This document shows, piece by piece, positions 24,071-38,000 of a DNA stretch of 64,000 nucleotides (positions are counted from its first letter, which is position 1; each line of letters starts with the position of its first letter). The DNA is taken from positions 3,100,001 through 3,164,000 of the forward strand of contig OZ004615.1 of assembly GCA_963924565.1 (NCBI GenBank), given 5' to 3'. The notes beneath the pieces are model-generated. The model did no database searches, was not told the DNA's origin, and saw only the letters and a program-made list of their open reading frames with translations. The position numbers and the translations under genes are program-made. The stretch is from Ascidiella aspersa. Its lineage: Eukaryota.

Positions 24071-26224
24071 GTCTCCAGGCCATGACCTAACCGGGACCTG
24101 GGCGTGTTTGTGTCTGACCTGTCTCATCGCAATTCTATCTCGGCACTTTATCAAGTCTCCTATCACTGATTGGATCGGAACGGAGGGTAATTATCTGGAT
24201 TTTTTTCAAAAGAGATAATGGAGAGAAGAGGGCGAACTTAATAAAGTTCGAACGGCGATTTTATCTGGGAAAAGGATGTAAAAGCCGAGATGACATTCTT
24301 CATGCCTTAATTAAGTCAAGTCAACGGTGTTGTTCTTCAGTCATTTTTTTTTATTCTATGTATTTAGTGTATCACATATTTGGATTATTGTTGTATATAA
24401 TGTAAATAAAGTAGAGCTTATCTTGGAAAAATATATGAAACTATTCTTTATGCCCTAATTAGGCAAGAACAACACATGTTTCCTAAAAAATGTCGTTTGT
24501 ATGTTTTAATAAATTAATTAAAAATCTCAGGCTTTAGATTCTGCCTAACAACCACATTTTTCGTGGATATCTGAATATTTAGGTCGTTTTTAGATTTATT
24601 GTATATATACCATGGGTTTTATTTGTCATTGAGTATAAGACAAAGATAATAACGATATGAGTGGTATACAGTGCATATCGCCGTTGATTAATGATAATCT
24701 GATCAACTATCTTACCACTTGTTTAATCTTAAGCTGAATCGTGTCGATTTCAGACATGTTAACACCTGACCACAAAAATGTACCGGTAATAAAACTTTTA
24801 TTTTAAACTAATCCACCAAAATGTTACTTTAAGTAAATTTTCTACAGGTATTTTATTTTAATTTATTCAATAGGACGATTTAGTGTACCACGTATTTATT
24901 TTTTGAGATACATAATGTACTCTAGTTTTAGATTATCTTCTACATGGCTCGGAACAACAAGTTTATCTTTTTTACGCCCCAATTACCTTATTTATAATAT
25001 GTTTTTTAAATCAGTTGTTGTGTATGGGATATTTAAACTATTTTAATTTTATAATTTAACTCCATGTTAACCATTAAATATAATGGGGTATTTAACTGTC
25101 ATTTTAAAGACCTACAGCTCATTTGAGATTGCTGTTTTGATTTCTGCCCACGAGTAGAAGAAGGATAAGATATGAATGATATGCATCACATAAAGTGCAG
25201 ATAACTGGTGATTTTTATTGATAATCAGCTGAATAATCTAACCAAAAAGTTACCCTTGTACAATCTTAGAGAGAGAAAGATAGAGTGCATAACGGCGAAT
25301 TTAGAAACGGTAACACCTAAACAACATCAGCAAATCTTAACAGTATTGTAAATCAGGCAGAAGAGCAAAATAACAAAAACTTCCATGCAATACAAAATTT
25401 CAACCAAATTCACCTAATCCTCCTCGTAAAAATTTCTTGACAAATATCTACTATATAACGCAAAATTCGTAACCCGGGTAACTTAATTGATTTTTTATCA
25501 CCCGATCGATCAGACGAACTAAATGCGTCATCGGTCAGAAATGTCTGTCACAGTTTGTCCGCGCGGTGGAGATAAAGATCACAAAACGCTGACGTGTACG
25601 ATGCCGATTTTGATGGGGAATAACCGAAGTCGAGTAAATACGTTTAGGAATGTTGCAATTTGTTTAACGTGAGTAATTGCCCTAAATCCGGGATGAGCAA
25701 CCTACATAGTACTGCGGATTACATATATTTGATGAGTGTTATAGGTTACAAATTTAACAAGTGCTGTATATTTAACAATTGGAAGTTTCGGTGAAAATGA
25801 TAATGTTGAAATAATAAGGTAATGGTTCTTAACTTGTGGATAAGTACTGCCAAAGTGGTAATGTCGTAATTTTAAAGAGTTACTTTAGTTTTAAAAATTA
25901 TATGAGATGCTATATTTGTCACCTAAAAAGCTTAAAGTACTGTTGGATCTTTCAAACGCTTTAATTTTGTATTTCACCTAAGTGTGTAAGTTTATTCTTT
26001 AATTTATGGCAGTTCATACATTTCTACTTTTTAAGTGGTAGGTGAAATCCTTTAATTTTTTCTCAGAGATACCGAATCTAAACAGGTTAAGAAGAACTGG
26101 TCTATAAAGTTAAACACAATGCTATACCATCAATAAGATACACCACAATATTTAACCTTAAATTTTCTTCATAAAACGTTTCCAGAAATAGCAGTTGTCC
26201 ATTTGTGAGTTCCGGGTTTGGTGG

Positions 26225-26266
26225 CACGTGACGATGGCTGTGACGTCACAATAATATCGCACGTGA
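26225..26266 (+). promoter_or_regulatory. Candidate CD63-like promoter: two CLEAR/E-box sites flanking a CRE palindrome
   Basis: CACGTGAC 26225-26232, TGTGACGTCACA 26239-26250, CACGTGA 26260-26266. A GTAAGT donor at about 26416 suggests a non-coding first exon. Confidence 0.5.
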
Positions 26267-28016
26267 TTTTCTGTGAAAAACTGGGTTTGTTGCTTTTGTC
26301 CGTTGTCAGCAACTACTGGCTCTAAACAGCTGAAGGCTCCATTTTCAGAACGACTCAGTGTCTATTTTTAGCTTTTAAGTGACAGTTTACTCTACTTTAT
26401 AGGTTAATTGGGTTCGTAAGTTTCTAGTTGCTTTAAGATTAGCAGGATTCCAATGTCTTTTATTTAAATTGTGTATAAACAGCACAAAAATTAGGCAAAA
26501 AGTTGGCCAGGCCCTTTAAATGTTGGCCGATTAAACTGGCCCGGTAAATTGCGTCAGAGTCACAAGTTTTACAAGAGGGGATTGAAGAGGCTTGAGGGCA
26601 AGTTGACAACGTTTTGAAACACGCCTAGCTATGACGAATAGCGCAGCACTTGCCTTTATGTTACTGCTGATTCTGTAGTTCAGGGTTCAGCCAGCCTGCG
26701 ACAATAGTTACAAATTTTTATGCGACCATTGCGTTTTTATTAAATTTGTGTTGATCTTTTGGGATGTATAGTGTCGATTTGTTTTTTGGTTTGCCAGCTA
26801 TTAACACTTTATGTAGAATTTTAGCACTTTTATTTTTAGATACTTTAATAGCGCGATTCCTTTTTTTTATTAAGGCCCCGTTGTAAACATTCTAATAAAT
26901 CGCGTTATTGTGGACTATTTCATCTATAAGTACAGTTGCTAAAACTGGTGTAGTTACAGACGTAGGACATGTTTTAAAAGATCTTAGGAGAAATTTAAGA
27001 TACCGTTTCAGTTCCTAAAACAATTTTTTGTTGGCGTGACTCACAAAAATCTAGCTGAGCCAAAGTATGTAACTATGGAAAGGGGATTATATTAATTTCG
27101 GTGCACAACGTAATGTATGGCTGCGGTTAACGCAGTAAGCTCGAGTAAAACACATGTTTGTCCAAATTATGTACCCGTTATAAAACCTGACGTTCGATGC
27201 AGTGAACAAATTTTCAACTAAAATATTAGTTTAAATACATACAAGAAGATGGTCTGGCCTGGTCAAAAAACGACAAGGTCTGGTTAGAAAAAACATTTTG
27301 TACCGAAACCTTTTACCTTCAAAACATTATTTACCTTGAATCTTGAACGTTCCGGATTATTTTCACCACTGGAATAAGGTTCTGTTATTTGACTATAGTT
27401 GCCACCCCTTCTGTAGTTTCAGTTTGACAAAGGCTGCTAACAAGCCTAAAGGTCGTTCGTGTATTTATTTCGTGACTTTCAGCAGACGATTTAAATACAT
27501 CAGTTTGATTTCGTTGGCCATTGATCGATGGGGCGTCAGTGACTATAGTCTGTGGTTCGTGCTAATTGAGTAACATCCTATTTTAAATGGATATTTGGAT
27601 GCTGATTACTGGAGTTTTGGGTGGATTTCGTGTAGTGAATGGTTAAGCTGAAATTTGTTAATCAAAATGTAAAAACTTGAACAAAAGTGAACTTCTAATG
27701 ATTTCTAGTTTTTTAGGCTTTAACTGAATGGCGCAAATAATAATTATCGCTCTTAAAAAACGCAAAAATAACTAAAAGCATGTTTATTTTGATTGAAAGT
27801 TAGTAGGTCTATTGATAAAGTACACAAAATTATAAGATAAAAACAGTAACTAATTGTTTTCTGTAGAACCTATAGATGAAAAACTTAAAATCAGGAAATT
27901 AAACAACGTAAAACATGACGTGCCAAAACAGAACCAATTTCCGTAAATCACTCGCAAAATCAGTCGGCCACTAGTTGCTTCCCCAGCTCAAGAAATCAAG
28001 GCAGTCACACGAACAA

Positions 28017-28018
<2 letters not shown>

Positions 28019-28069
<51 letters not shown>
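28019..28069 (+). repeat. (CAG)17 microsatellite, apparently non-coding
   Basis: Pure CAG run followed by TAGTAG, about 950 bp upstream of the tetraspanin ATG. Confidence 0.95.
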
Positions 28070-28075
<6 letters not shown>

Positions 28076-29013
28076 CAGCGGACGCCGGTTCTTCGCTTGT
28101 TGATTTCCCTTTCCGGAATACGCCAGGCAATTGCGCCCAAGCCTAGATGACAGAGCGTCACATAGCACGCTTGTGGCGCCCAATTAGGCCGCACTCTACT
28201 CACTACAGCTTTTTTGCTATTCGTGAAGGCTGGCCTTGATTACCGTACAGCTGGGCTTGGCTTTATTTGTGAATAGTGGGTGCTGGATTTGTGTTTTTTC
28301 CGAGAAATTTTAGGCGAGTGTTAGGGATTTGTTGTTGTACGGGGAGAGAAGTTCATGCTGAACTGAATGCTGTACAGTTTTGGGAGATTAAACGTCGCCC
28401 TATAGTTGTGTCAGTTGTTTAGTTAAACCTAGCATTATCTTCAAAGGTGTAACTGTAGTTTTGTAGTTAGTAACGTCTTACAAAAGGAAGTAAGTTCTTA
28501 GAAATGCACTATTTCGAATAACTTTGTAGATAAGTTGTTTTACTAAAAAGGGCAGCTTCGGACCTAATTTGTATTTTGCTGTTTTTTCTTTAAGGGTTGT
28601 TTATTTGGCGCTCATCTAGGATCCCAACACAACGAACATTCTTTGGGTTTGGGCTAGCGTTTGGGTTTGGGTTGGTTAAGCAATATTATTAAATAATTAT
28701 ACTTGAACCTTCCTCACCCAAACACTAACCGGCAACCTAACCCAAATTTTGTGGGTTGCTCTAATAATTGTTTCAACGCTGTGGTAGAATTCTCGACCAG
28801 CGCCGTTTATTTTGTTGTTTAACAGTGACAAAAACGGCATGTCAGAATTCCACAATTACGTTATTTTGCCCAAACTTACAGTTATGTAGTTTGACTGAAA
28901 AATAGGAGTAACTAACTCTAAAAGTATTTTCTTGTTTTCATTAAGGTGCAGGTTTATTCTGTTGTTAAATAGTACTTTTACACATCCTAAAACAAAACAC
29001 TAAAGCCGCCAAA

Positions 29014-32000
29014 ATGAATTGTGGAATGAAATTCATAAAGTACCTTCTGTTCGCATTCAACCTAATCTTTTTCGTAAGTACAATTTGCCTAAACTACTTG
29101 CGTGTACAATCGTACAACTCCATTTGCTTGATTTCTATGCTATAAAGGTTTTACCAAACATCGTACTAAAGGTTTTACCAACATCAGTAAGGCATTTATA
29201 AATTACCTGTTATAAACATTTCCATTTAATTGCGCGATTACGGCACTAATTGCTTGGGACGCAATACTAGAGCCAACTTTTGAATCCTAATTCGCTTAAT
29301 ACCACGTTGAGAACTAGTAATCGACAAACGGATACGAAATCGGTTTAAAATGATATTTTTAACTCAATAAATAAATCAAGCAAATTTTTGCTTTTAAAAT
29401 CGCTACTGTAAATCCCACTATATTACCAAAGTCTTATTTCTCTGAATAACTCAACCCATATTGCTTAAGTTCCATTTTATGACTTGGCCTTATTTTTTTC
29501 TCCCAACCCCCTCAAATATCCGATATGCATCTCAAAACTAAACTATCGCCTTGTTTCATCTCAAACCGATATGCCTTTGATTCAGCCATATTTTAGGATA
29601 TTTGTTGTGTATGCTGTATGACGTTTAATATGACGCTATCTGAAACCTAGCGAAACATTTTAACTTTCCATAAATTAGCTTGGTCCCTTAAAAGTTACTT
29701 AAATTCCCATTTTATAAATGTACAGCGACGTAAAACGCTTATTAATTGTGAGACTAGTCAAGGTCAACACCATTCTTTGAAAAGTGTTTCGGAAAAAGGG
29801 TATAGTTCACCTTCATACGCAGTTTCTCGACACATCATAGCTCAAAACAGGCGTTGTGTTTGTTGTTGGTCGTTTAAATGCGATGTCCTCTATTCTAAAA
29901 ACATAACAAAACATTTCACCTTTCTATAAGTTAACTCAGTCTATTAAAAGGTATTTAGATTTCCATTTTATAAATGTACAATCAGCGATTTTAAACGCCC
30001 ATTAAATGTGGAACTTACTAAACAACGTCGTGATTTCCCTTTTAAAAGTGTTGGTAAAGCAAGAAAGTTCACCTGTATAGGTCGTTTCTCATGTTATAAT
30101 TGTATAAGTAAAACGCACCTTAAATGTGAACTGCCTAATAATGGTGCATATACGGAGAGCGATAAATCTGGTAATAAATACACTGTTAAACTCCAAAGTG
30201 ATATCCCTATGTGGTGCTAAAATGTCGGTAAGGCAAGAAAATTTACCCGCGTAGGCAGTTTCTGATCCTCAAATACCCGATATCTCCCTATACGTATCTC
30301 AAAATCATCGGCCTTTCGTATCTCAGATTTTCGGCATAGCGATGATAGCAATCGGTGCCGCTGTGGAGATTAAGTACAGGAGCTTGGTTGCTCTCACTGG
30401 AAGCGCTCTTTCCGCAGCTCCCATCCTTGTCATATGCATTGGAGTCTTCATCTTTATGATCGGTAAGCGCTAGACCAGAGATCACCGAACTACGACCGCC
30501 CGCGGCACATTTCAGTAATAAAAATAAAGTACTATGTCTATGTTGAAAATGAATAAAGAGTTCTTCGAAACCATCAAAATGATACCTACTTCTGTATGGG
30601 CTTTGATATTCTTATTCCGTCTTACTACAACCTCCGACCATTGAAGTACATTTAAAATGTTGTTGAATGCAATTTTCAATACTCTTGTATTAATAAAGGG
30701 ATATTCGAAACTTTCCAAATAACGCCTACTTGTGTATGGGCTTTTTATATTCTTACAACGTCTTACTGCAATTTCAAACCATTATGTCCATTATATAACA
30801 AATTCTTGTGATTGCAAATGCTATCAGTTATCCGGCCCGCGATGGTCAGGCCTTATGATTTATCTGGTCTTTCATGAGAAAAGTTTGTGAACCCTGCTCA
30901 ACGCATGGTGTTAACTGTGGGATTAACAATTTGTAAGCATTTCTTTAAAGAGATATTCGAAACGTTGGAAATATGCAACCTTCGTCTGTATGATAATACT
31001 TCTATACGCCCATCTTTCACAGTTTCCACAATTATTCGACCCATCGAAGCAATATACAGAGAAGTAATGCACTTTAGCCACGCCCAAGAGTACTTAAGCC
31101 GGACTTGTCGCATCTCTATAGCGTGTTTATTGTTTACCCTTTGGCCTCTACAAAGTGCACATTTGAATGCAATAAAGCCGATCTGCATACGCCGGTTGAC
31201 AGTCCGCCCTTTGTATGCAAGTGCATTGGACCTAGTTAGGAGTCAAATGGCGTGTTTGTGTATACATAGGCGGCGAACTTTCAAAATTATACGGCGTTAG
31301 TTTCTAACCAGTGTAAAATTGCCTATTAATTACAAAATGTGAGCTCTTATAGGTAACAGCTTTGAGCTGTTGCATGTTATCACTAAAACAAATTATTTCT
31401 TCTTTTATACCTTTCTTATAGCGCTTTGAGCTAAAAAAGTTTCCGATTAAATGGGCGATTACATTGAAAAAAAAAAAACATTGCATTTACGTTAATTTAA
31501 AAACGTACTTTGGGGTTCTACAGCCTCCTACCCATATGATAATTCAGGAAAGTTTTAAACACTTTTGGTGAACTGAAACTGTTCTACAGGAATTAATTTT
31601 GCTTATTTATTAATAACTTTGTCGAATCCCAGTGCGTTTAGACGCCCTGTTAAAAATTCAGCAGGTACTGAAAAACGCTTTGCATACTCACGTTCGGCCC
31701 TGTGTACGGCCTGTCGTGGAGGTTGCCTGCTTGTTGATTTTGGAGCGGTTGGCATTTCCTGGTGCCGGCAGTGAGGACTTATGAGCAGAGGCGTGACCGC
31801 AGATTAATTGTACACAGTCACACACCTTTGATAAACAATTGTACCATAAACTTGCCTAACTATCGGTATTGTTTATTTTTTATTAAGCTAACCAATGGCG
31901 GAGTCTTTAGAGCATATTTTTAAAAACTATTATTGAATTATTTGAACAGTGATGAATTTTTTAAAAGAAAAAAAAATTAATCAAAAAACCAAACCTTTTT

Positions 32001-35000
32001 AGCACTGGACATATTTATACTCCATTACAATTTCACATTTTTTGTATCGAAAACACCAGGTTTTCCTCGTCTGCTTGTTTTTTAACGTCAATTTATGACG
32101 TCAGCTTTAACGAAATCATGGCGATTCCAGTAAACGCGAACAAAAAGAAATGGGCGTCATTTTCTTAACCTGATATTATAGCCGTTGTAGCTGAAATTAG
32201 GACAATTTCAGGTGTTTTTTCGGTGTTACAACATTACTATTTCCTCGTATTTTATTGCCTTGCTTTTTGTGCCAAAGCAGCGTTCGCTAATGTTCGTCAG
32301 AACCCCAGTACAACTACAATTTGTATTCCAGGCTTCTTTGGATGCTGTGGTGCCTACAAGGAAAACTACTGCATGGTCACCACTGTAAGTAGAACAGCTA
32401 TATTACCTATACAAATACGAGAAAATATAACGTGTAAATCTCTCTCCTTTTTTACTAAAAAAATTGAGAACGAAACTATTATGCATACTCTCATTTTGCC
32501 TGTTGAGGAAAATTACATTTCTGTATTTACAGTTTCTTATAAACAATAAAGAAAGGGAATATTGTTGTATATTATGACACTTTTTAATTTCCATTTAATT
32601 ACTATATGCCTCTTCCTATATATTTGTTTGGCCGATGCCTCGATAGTTTCTTTTACAAGTTTTTTTATGTTTAGCGAATTTGTCTGGCGTTTAAAACTTT
32701 ATAGGGTTGGTATTTGGAAAGTTGAGTATTTTATGGTATTTTTCTCATACCCTTTAAAGTAAAATGTTAACTTTGAGCATGTATGACTTGATGTGTGAAT
32801 TGTGCACTTACTCACAAAATGATACAAGTTTTGTTACAACTCTCATGGCTAAAGTCGTTATAACGTTTAAAAAATATTTCTTTCTTCAGTTTGCTGCCTT
32901 GATGGTCTTCATCTTGATTTTGGAATTTGCTGCCACCATTTCTGCCTACGTTCTCCGTGCTAAGGTAAAGCAAATATGCATCTTTTTATTTAAGATTTCT
33001 GATAATGTCGGTTTGGGCCGATACCCGATGCCAAGTGGTAGTATCGGTATTCGTCCGATACTAGAGTATCGGTGCCGACCCGATACCTAAGAAATTAGGT
33101 ATAGTTTCGGGTACGTATGACGTCACGTATCGATTTTACTTTAAATCGTTCATATTTTGATTAGCAGAAATACCTATGTATGATGTATATTGTACAAAAG
33201 CAATATAACTTTTTATCAGGGGCAATTGATATCCACGAGATCTTATCACATAACCTAAAGTTCTGTTAACAAACGTAGCTATTACTCTTAAAAAGAGATT
33301 TTCATTGCTATAGTTAGTAGGTAACCTAATGTTGTACGAAAACCCTCATGCAAGTTTTTACACGTCAGACAGATGTTTATCACAGAAGTTCATTTAGATT
33401 TGAAAAGATATTTAAAAAAATATCAAAAAGTTCGGTTTGCAAGAACAGGCATCGGCCATCTTATCGGACTTCTCGCAAAGTAAGCATCTTCTAATTTGAA
33501 CTTCGATTTTACTTTCCAGGTTGAGCATTACTTGGCCAAGTCGATCATGAAGTCCATCACAGAATACAAGTCTGAGACGAAAGGAGCTTTCGACTTTATC
33601 CAGAAACAAGTAAGTTTCCCAAAGTGGTTTGATTTTTGGTCACCTGCTCAGTCGGGAAATATAACTATACGAAATCGAACGATTTAAGACAAAAATATTT
33701 AGCATATCCTCATGGAATTAAACAAGTTGTTTTCAGGATTTATTGTGCAGACCAGTCGTTCTCCACCTTTTGCAACCGCGTACCACATAGTGGAATATAC
33801 CGTCGCTGCGTACCCCCCATAGTTCCTTAAGAAATTATTGTTTTTAAAGTTTCTTGATGCCTGACTCGGATCTAGGGCTTTTCTTTGGTATGGGGAGGAT
33901 CACAAAGCTTACAAAACACTATAGCAAATCACGACGTTAAAACCTAAAAACAAAACTTTTTAAATTTGTAATTTTGCCAATGTTGCCAATTTTGCTTATG
34001 TCACTATAGCAATGACGTAATTTGGTCTCGGGTCAGGCGGAGGTACTTATCATCCAAAATATCAATCTACAAAATACCTGGCATCAGTATTGTGAGAGAA
34101 GTGCTACAGACAGCGTTAAAACTGCAATTCGTCTTGGCGCTTTATAAATCACTCAGCTGCTTGGCGCGTATGACAAAGCGGCTGCAAATAACTCCGGCTT
34201 CCGCGTATGTCCCGGATTTGTGTGGGCGACTGCTTTTAGCTCTATACCAACACTGACTATTTGTTATCCACCGGCAAAATCTTGTTTCCTCGTTCGGCCG
34301 AATTTTGACACTTCGTGCCTTTTAATGTCGAAATTCCACACCCGACAATGCCTAAAAAATTGGCAATAAGATTGCCATGAACCGATAATAATTCACTCGG
34401 CAATGTTTTACTAGTTTATTTTTGTCAAGAGGAACAAAAGTAAAGAAGTTTGTGGCCTCGTATTTTTCCAAATGCACTCTGGAATGTTTGCCATTGTAAA
34501 CTCTGATCATTTTCAACTCAACAGAATTAAATAAATAATGAGTTATTTGAAACGTTCAAAATGATACCTACTTCTGTATGGGCTTTGATAGTCTTATTAT
34601 GTCTTACAGGCTTTCTAATTTATCTTTCAGTTCAAATGCTGCGGATCCCTGAACTACACTGACTGGAATTCAAGTGCTGTCTTTCAGAAAGACGCCAAGA
34701 CTGAAATCACGAAACTAAACGTGACATCTCGTGAGTGGCTTTAGTTTATTTATTGTTTTGTAAAGGTTTGACTTACTCAGGTCTAAATCAAACCTTTTAT
34801 TTAGAACCACAACTTAACTCTACTGTAGTTTAAAACAAACTTTTTGATTTTGTTATCATTAATAGGCCTGAATTACTGACAATTTGTCAGACATCAAACT
34901 TTTGCTTAGAACCACAACTTGTGGTAGTTTGCTATATATTTACGACAAAAACAGTTATCAAGAACATAAATTAGTCGCAATTCTTTGCCTGTATGTGAGT

Positions 35001-38000
35001 ACTAAATTAGCCATATTCCATAACTTACCTTAATCAATGGTGGAAAATTACACAGAAATAATTGCTAAAAAAGAGCATTTGAAAATAGGGAATTATCTTT
35101 AACAAAAGCAAGATGAAAAGCATTAACTCTATTGTAGCTAGACACAAATTTTGTCGTCATTGATAAACTTTTATACAAAGGCTACAATTAGCTGAAATTT
35201 GTCAAACCCCCAATAGTTTAAAGTTTGCAGTTGATACAACAAGTTGTTGTGACCGCAGTTTAAGGTGCTGATGTGTGTAAATTTTCTAAGTACAAGACCA
35301 GTTTATTATATACTACAGAAACTAGGGGGTAAAGTACACAATACACACACTACAGCGATTCATTTACCCGCCGTCGTTAATTAGGTTGATAGTTCCCTGC
35401 TGTTGGCTTGACTGATGGGCATCCGGCCAATCTGGTTGTCAACTTTGTTAAGAGCTTATTATAGCACTCGACCAGGAATTAGGCGGGCCTGTGATGTGCT
35501 ATGCATTCCAGGCATTTCCAGACTTCCGGCTGGCAAAACCATTTTTTGACCCTTTAGGCTTAAAAAATAAAACTATTCACGGCCTTGGCCTGTACACATT
35601 TGTGGCAGCAATGCACCACCCCGTTCGGCTTGCGTCATTTTTAAAATTATTTTTGACATATCTATATTAAATTAAAAAGTTCTATACTGAAAATAGGTTT
35701 TTATTGTATTTAACCAGAATAACTTATTTTCTGTATATACTATACCTGTTAGCAACAACATATGTTTAAAAAAGACTATTTAATATGACGTAATAAGAAT
35801 ATCAAAGCCCATGCAGAAGTAGGTATCATTTTGAACGTTTCGAATAACTCTCTATTCATTTTCAACATAGAGAGAAGGCACTGATAGTAAGTGTATACCG
35901 CTGAGGGTGACGTCTGAAAGTGCCTGAGGTGGACGTACTATCAGTGCCTTCTCTCTATGTTGAAAATGAATATAGAGTTATTCGAAACGTTCACAAATGC
36001 AATCTTTACTTTTGCATGGGCTTTGATATTCTTATTACGTCTTACTACAACCTCCAACCATTATGCTCCACTAGTTAATATGTATAATCAAAACATCCCT
36101 ATTTGTTTAAAAAGGTATTTAAATACTGAATTTTTTAGTAATTTGAACATTGGAGTCCATTTTGAAAGTTTCGAATATCTCTATATGTATATCTCTAATC
36201 AAAAGGGTCCATAGACCTCAGTTAAAGAACCCCTGCCTTACAGTGTTAATGTTCTTATAGCGATGAAAATAATATTTTAGCTTGACCTAATGAAGTTGAG
36301 ATTGCTGACAACTGTTTTTTGTTTTTCTAGCGGCCCCGATTCCGGTGCCCGACAGTTGCTGTGTTAAAGAAGTAAAGAACTGCGGTTTGATGAGCACAAG
36401 GACAATCAACACCAACGTAAGTCGTAGGGTGCATTTTCCTGAATTTTCAAACAGTGTTTTTTTGTAAATCAGCTGTAAATGCTGAAAGCCAAGTGCCAAA
36501 ATTGTAACACGTTTTTTCAAAACCGCAAGTTTCATTTTATCATTGATAGTGTTGTGTTTTAATTTATGTACTTCCTGTATACCACCTTCTAAGATGAAAA
36601 AGTTACATCTAAAAGCTTGGGTTTTAGACGACCTAGAGGGTGTTACGAATTTCGTTTTCATAAAATATATCCTATACAGTTGTGTCTCCGATAATATCGG
36701 ATTAGGGCCGATACCCGCTGCCTAGTAGTATCGGCATGGTAATCATCCGATACCAAAGTAGTATAGGAATTTTAAAAGGTACTTATCAAAAAACTCTAGG
36801 TTAACAACTGGGTGCATTTTTTCCTTTTAGCACTCAAGCAAATTTCGGCCGAATAACCTGAAAAAAATACCTTTGAACGTTTCAATTCTCTATGTTCCCT
36901 TGTTGAAGCAGAGTTACGACGTCATTTGGTTTCGGATCGCAATACTTTTTGTCCAAAGTATCGTGTATCGGTATCGGAATAAGGTGTCAAGTATCGGGCA
37001 TCACTACGTTCTGTGACTACAGCAGAAAATAGCCAAGTTGTTCGTGGTGTGAAGTTGCGGTTTTTTAATATTACTTATAGCGGACACCAGAAGCTTACCA
37101 CATAAGAATAGCTGTGTATAGTATATATAGTTACTTAAACAGACTTGTCGTTTTTCCAGGGTTGTGTCCCGACAATTGAGACTCTGTTCAAGAAGAACAT
37201 CGTCGTTGTGGGCGGCGTCGGAATCGCAATCATCTTTATTCAGGTAAGTCCACTCATATCGGCGAATAAGTATAAGTGGCCAAAACATACGGGTCACCCC
37301 AATGTTTCAACTAGCAACCGACACGCTTCAAAACATGCCAAAGGCTTGGCGAAACCATTAGCACGGATAGTGCTTTCTTAAGGAAGTTTTGATACTGGGC
37401 TGTTCGTTATATAGAGCATGATTTTTTTTGTGGTCAAGTAAGCAGAGTCCTTAATGACCCACAAACTTGTGTAAATTAGTGTAAATGTTTTCTACGAATC
37501 TTCACATTGAAGTTACTTAGTTTCTCTACTTTTTGTGCGTTTTTGATGGTTATACATTTTCCGGGGTTAATTGCAAAACCTGTATAGATAAAGTGTTCTG
37601 CGAGTGTTTTACTGCTAAAAAACATTTCTTACAAACACTTAAATGCAACAAATCAAGTCCTTGTCATATAAAAAAATTCTTCATGTGCAGAATTAAGATA
37701 AAAAGTTAATAAATAAAAAACTTAACTTTAACCTGTCATTTGTCCTAAAGTCAGTCAAGCCAAGTCATTTTACCCAAAATACTCAAGTCAATTCAAGTCA
37801 TTTAAAAGCAGTGACTTAAGTGCACTTAGGTCCAGTCACTAACTTAAGTGATTACAGCAGTGCATATTGGACTTTACCAAATCAGTGGACATGACAACAA
37901 GTCAAGTTATTTACAAATAGTGACTAAAATGGCTTAAGTTAAGTAACTGACTAAAGTCATTATACCACTTCCATTTAGGACTTAACCAAAGCTGTAACAA

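Noticed and set aside
27971-28203. Poly-Leu and poly-Cys ORFs, or a polyQ exon
   Set aside because: Produced by the CAG repeat; the Gln frame is closed immediately by TAGTAG.
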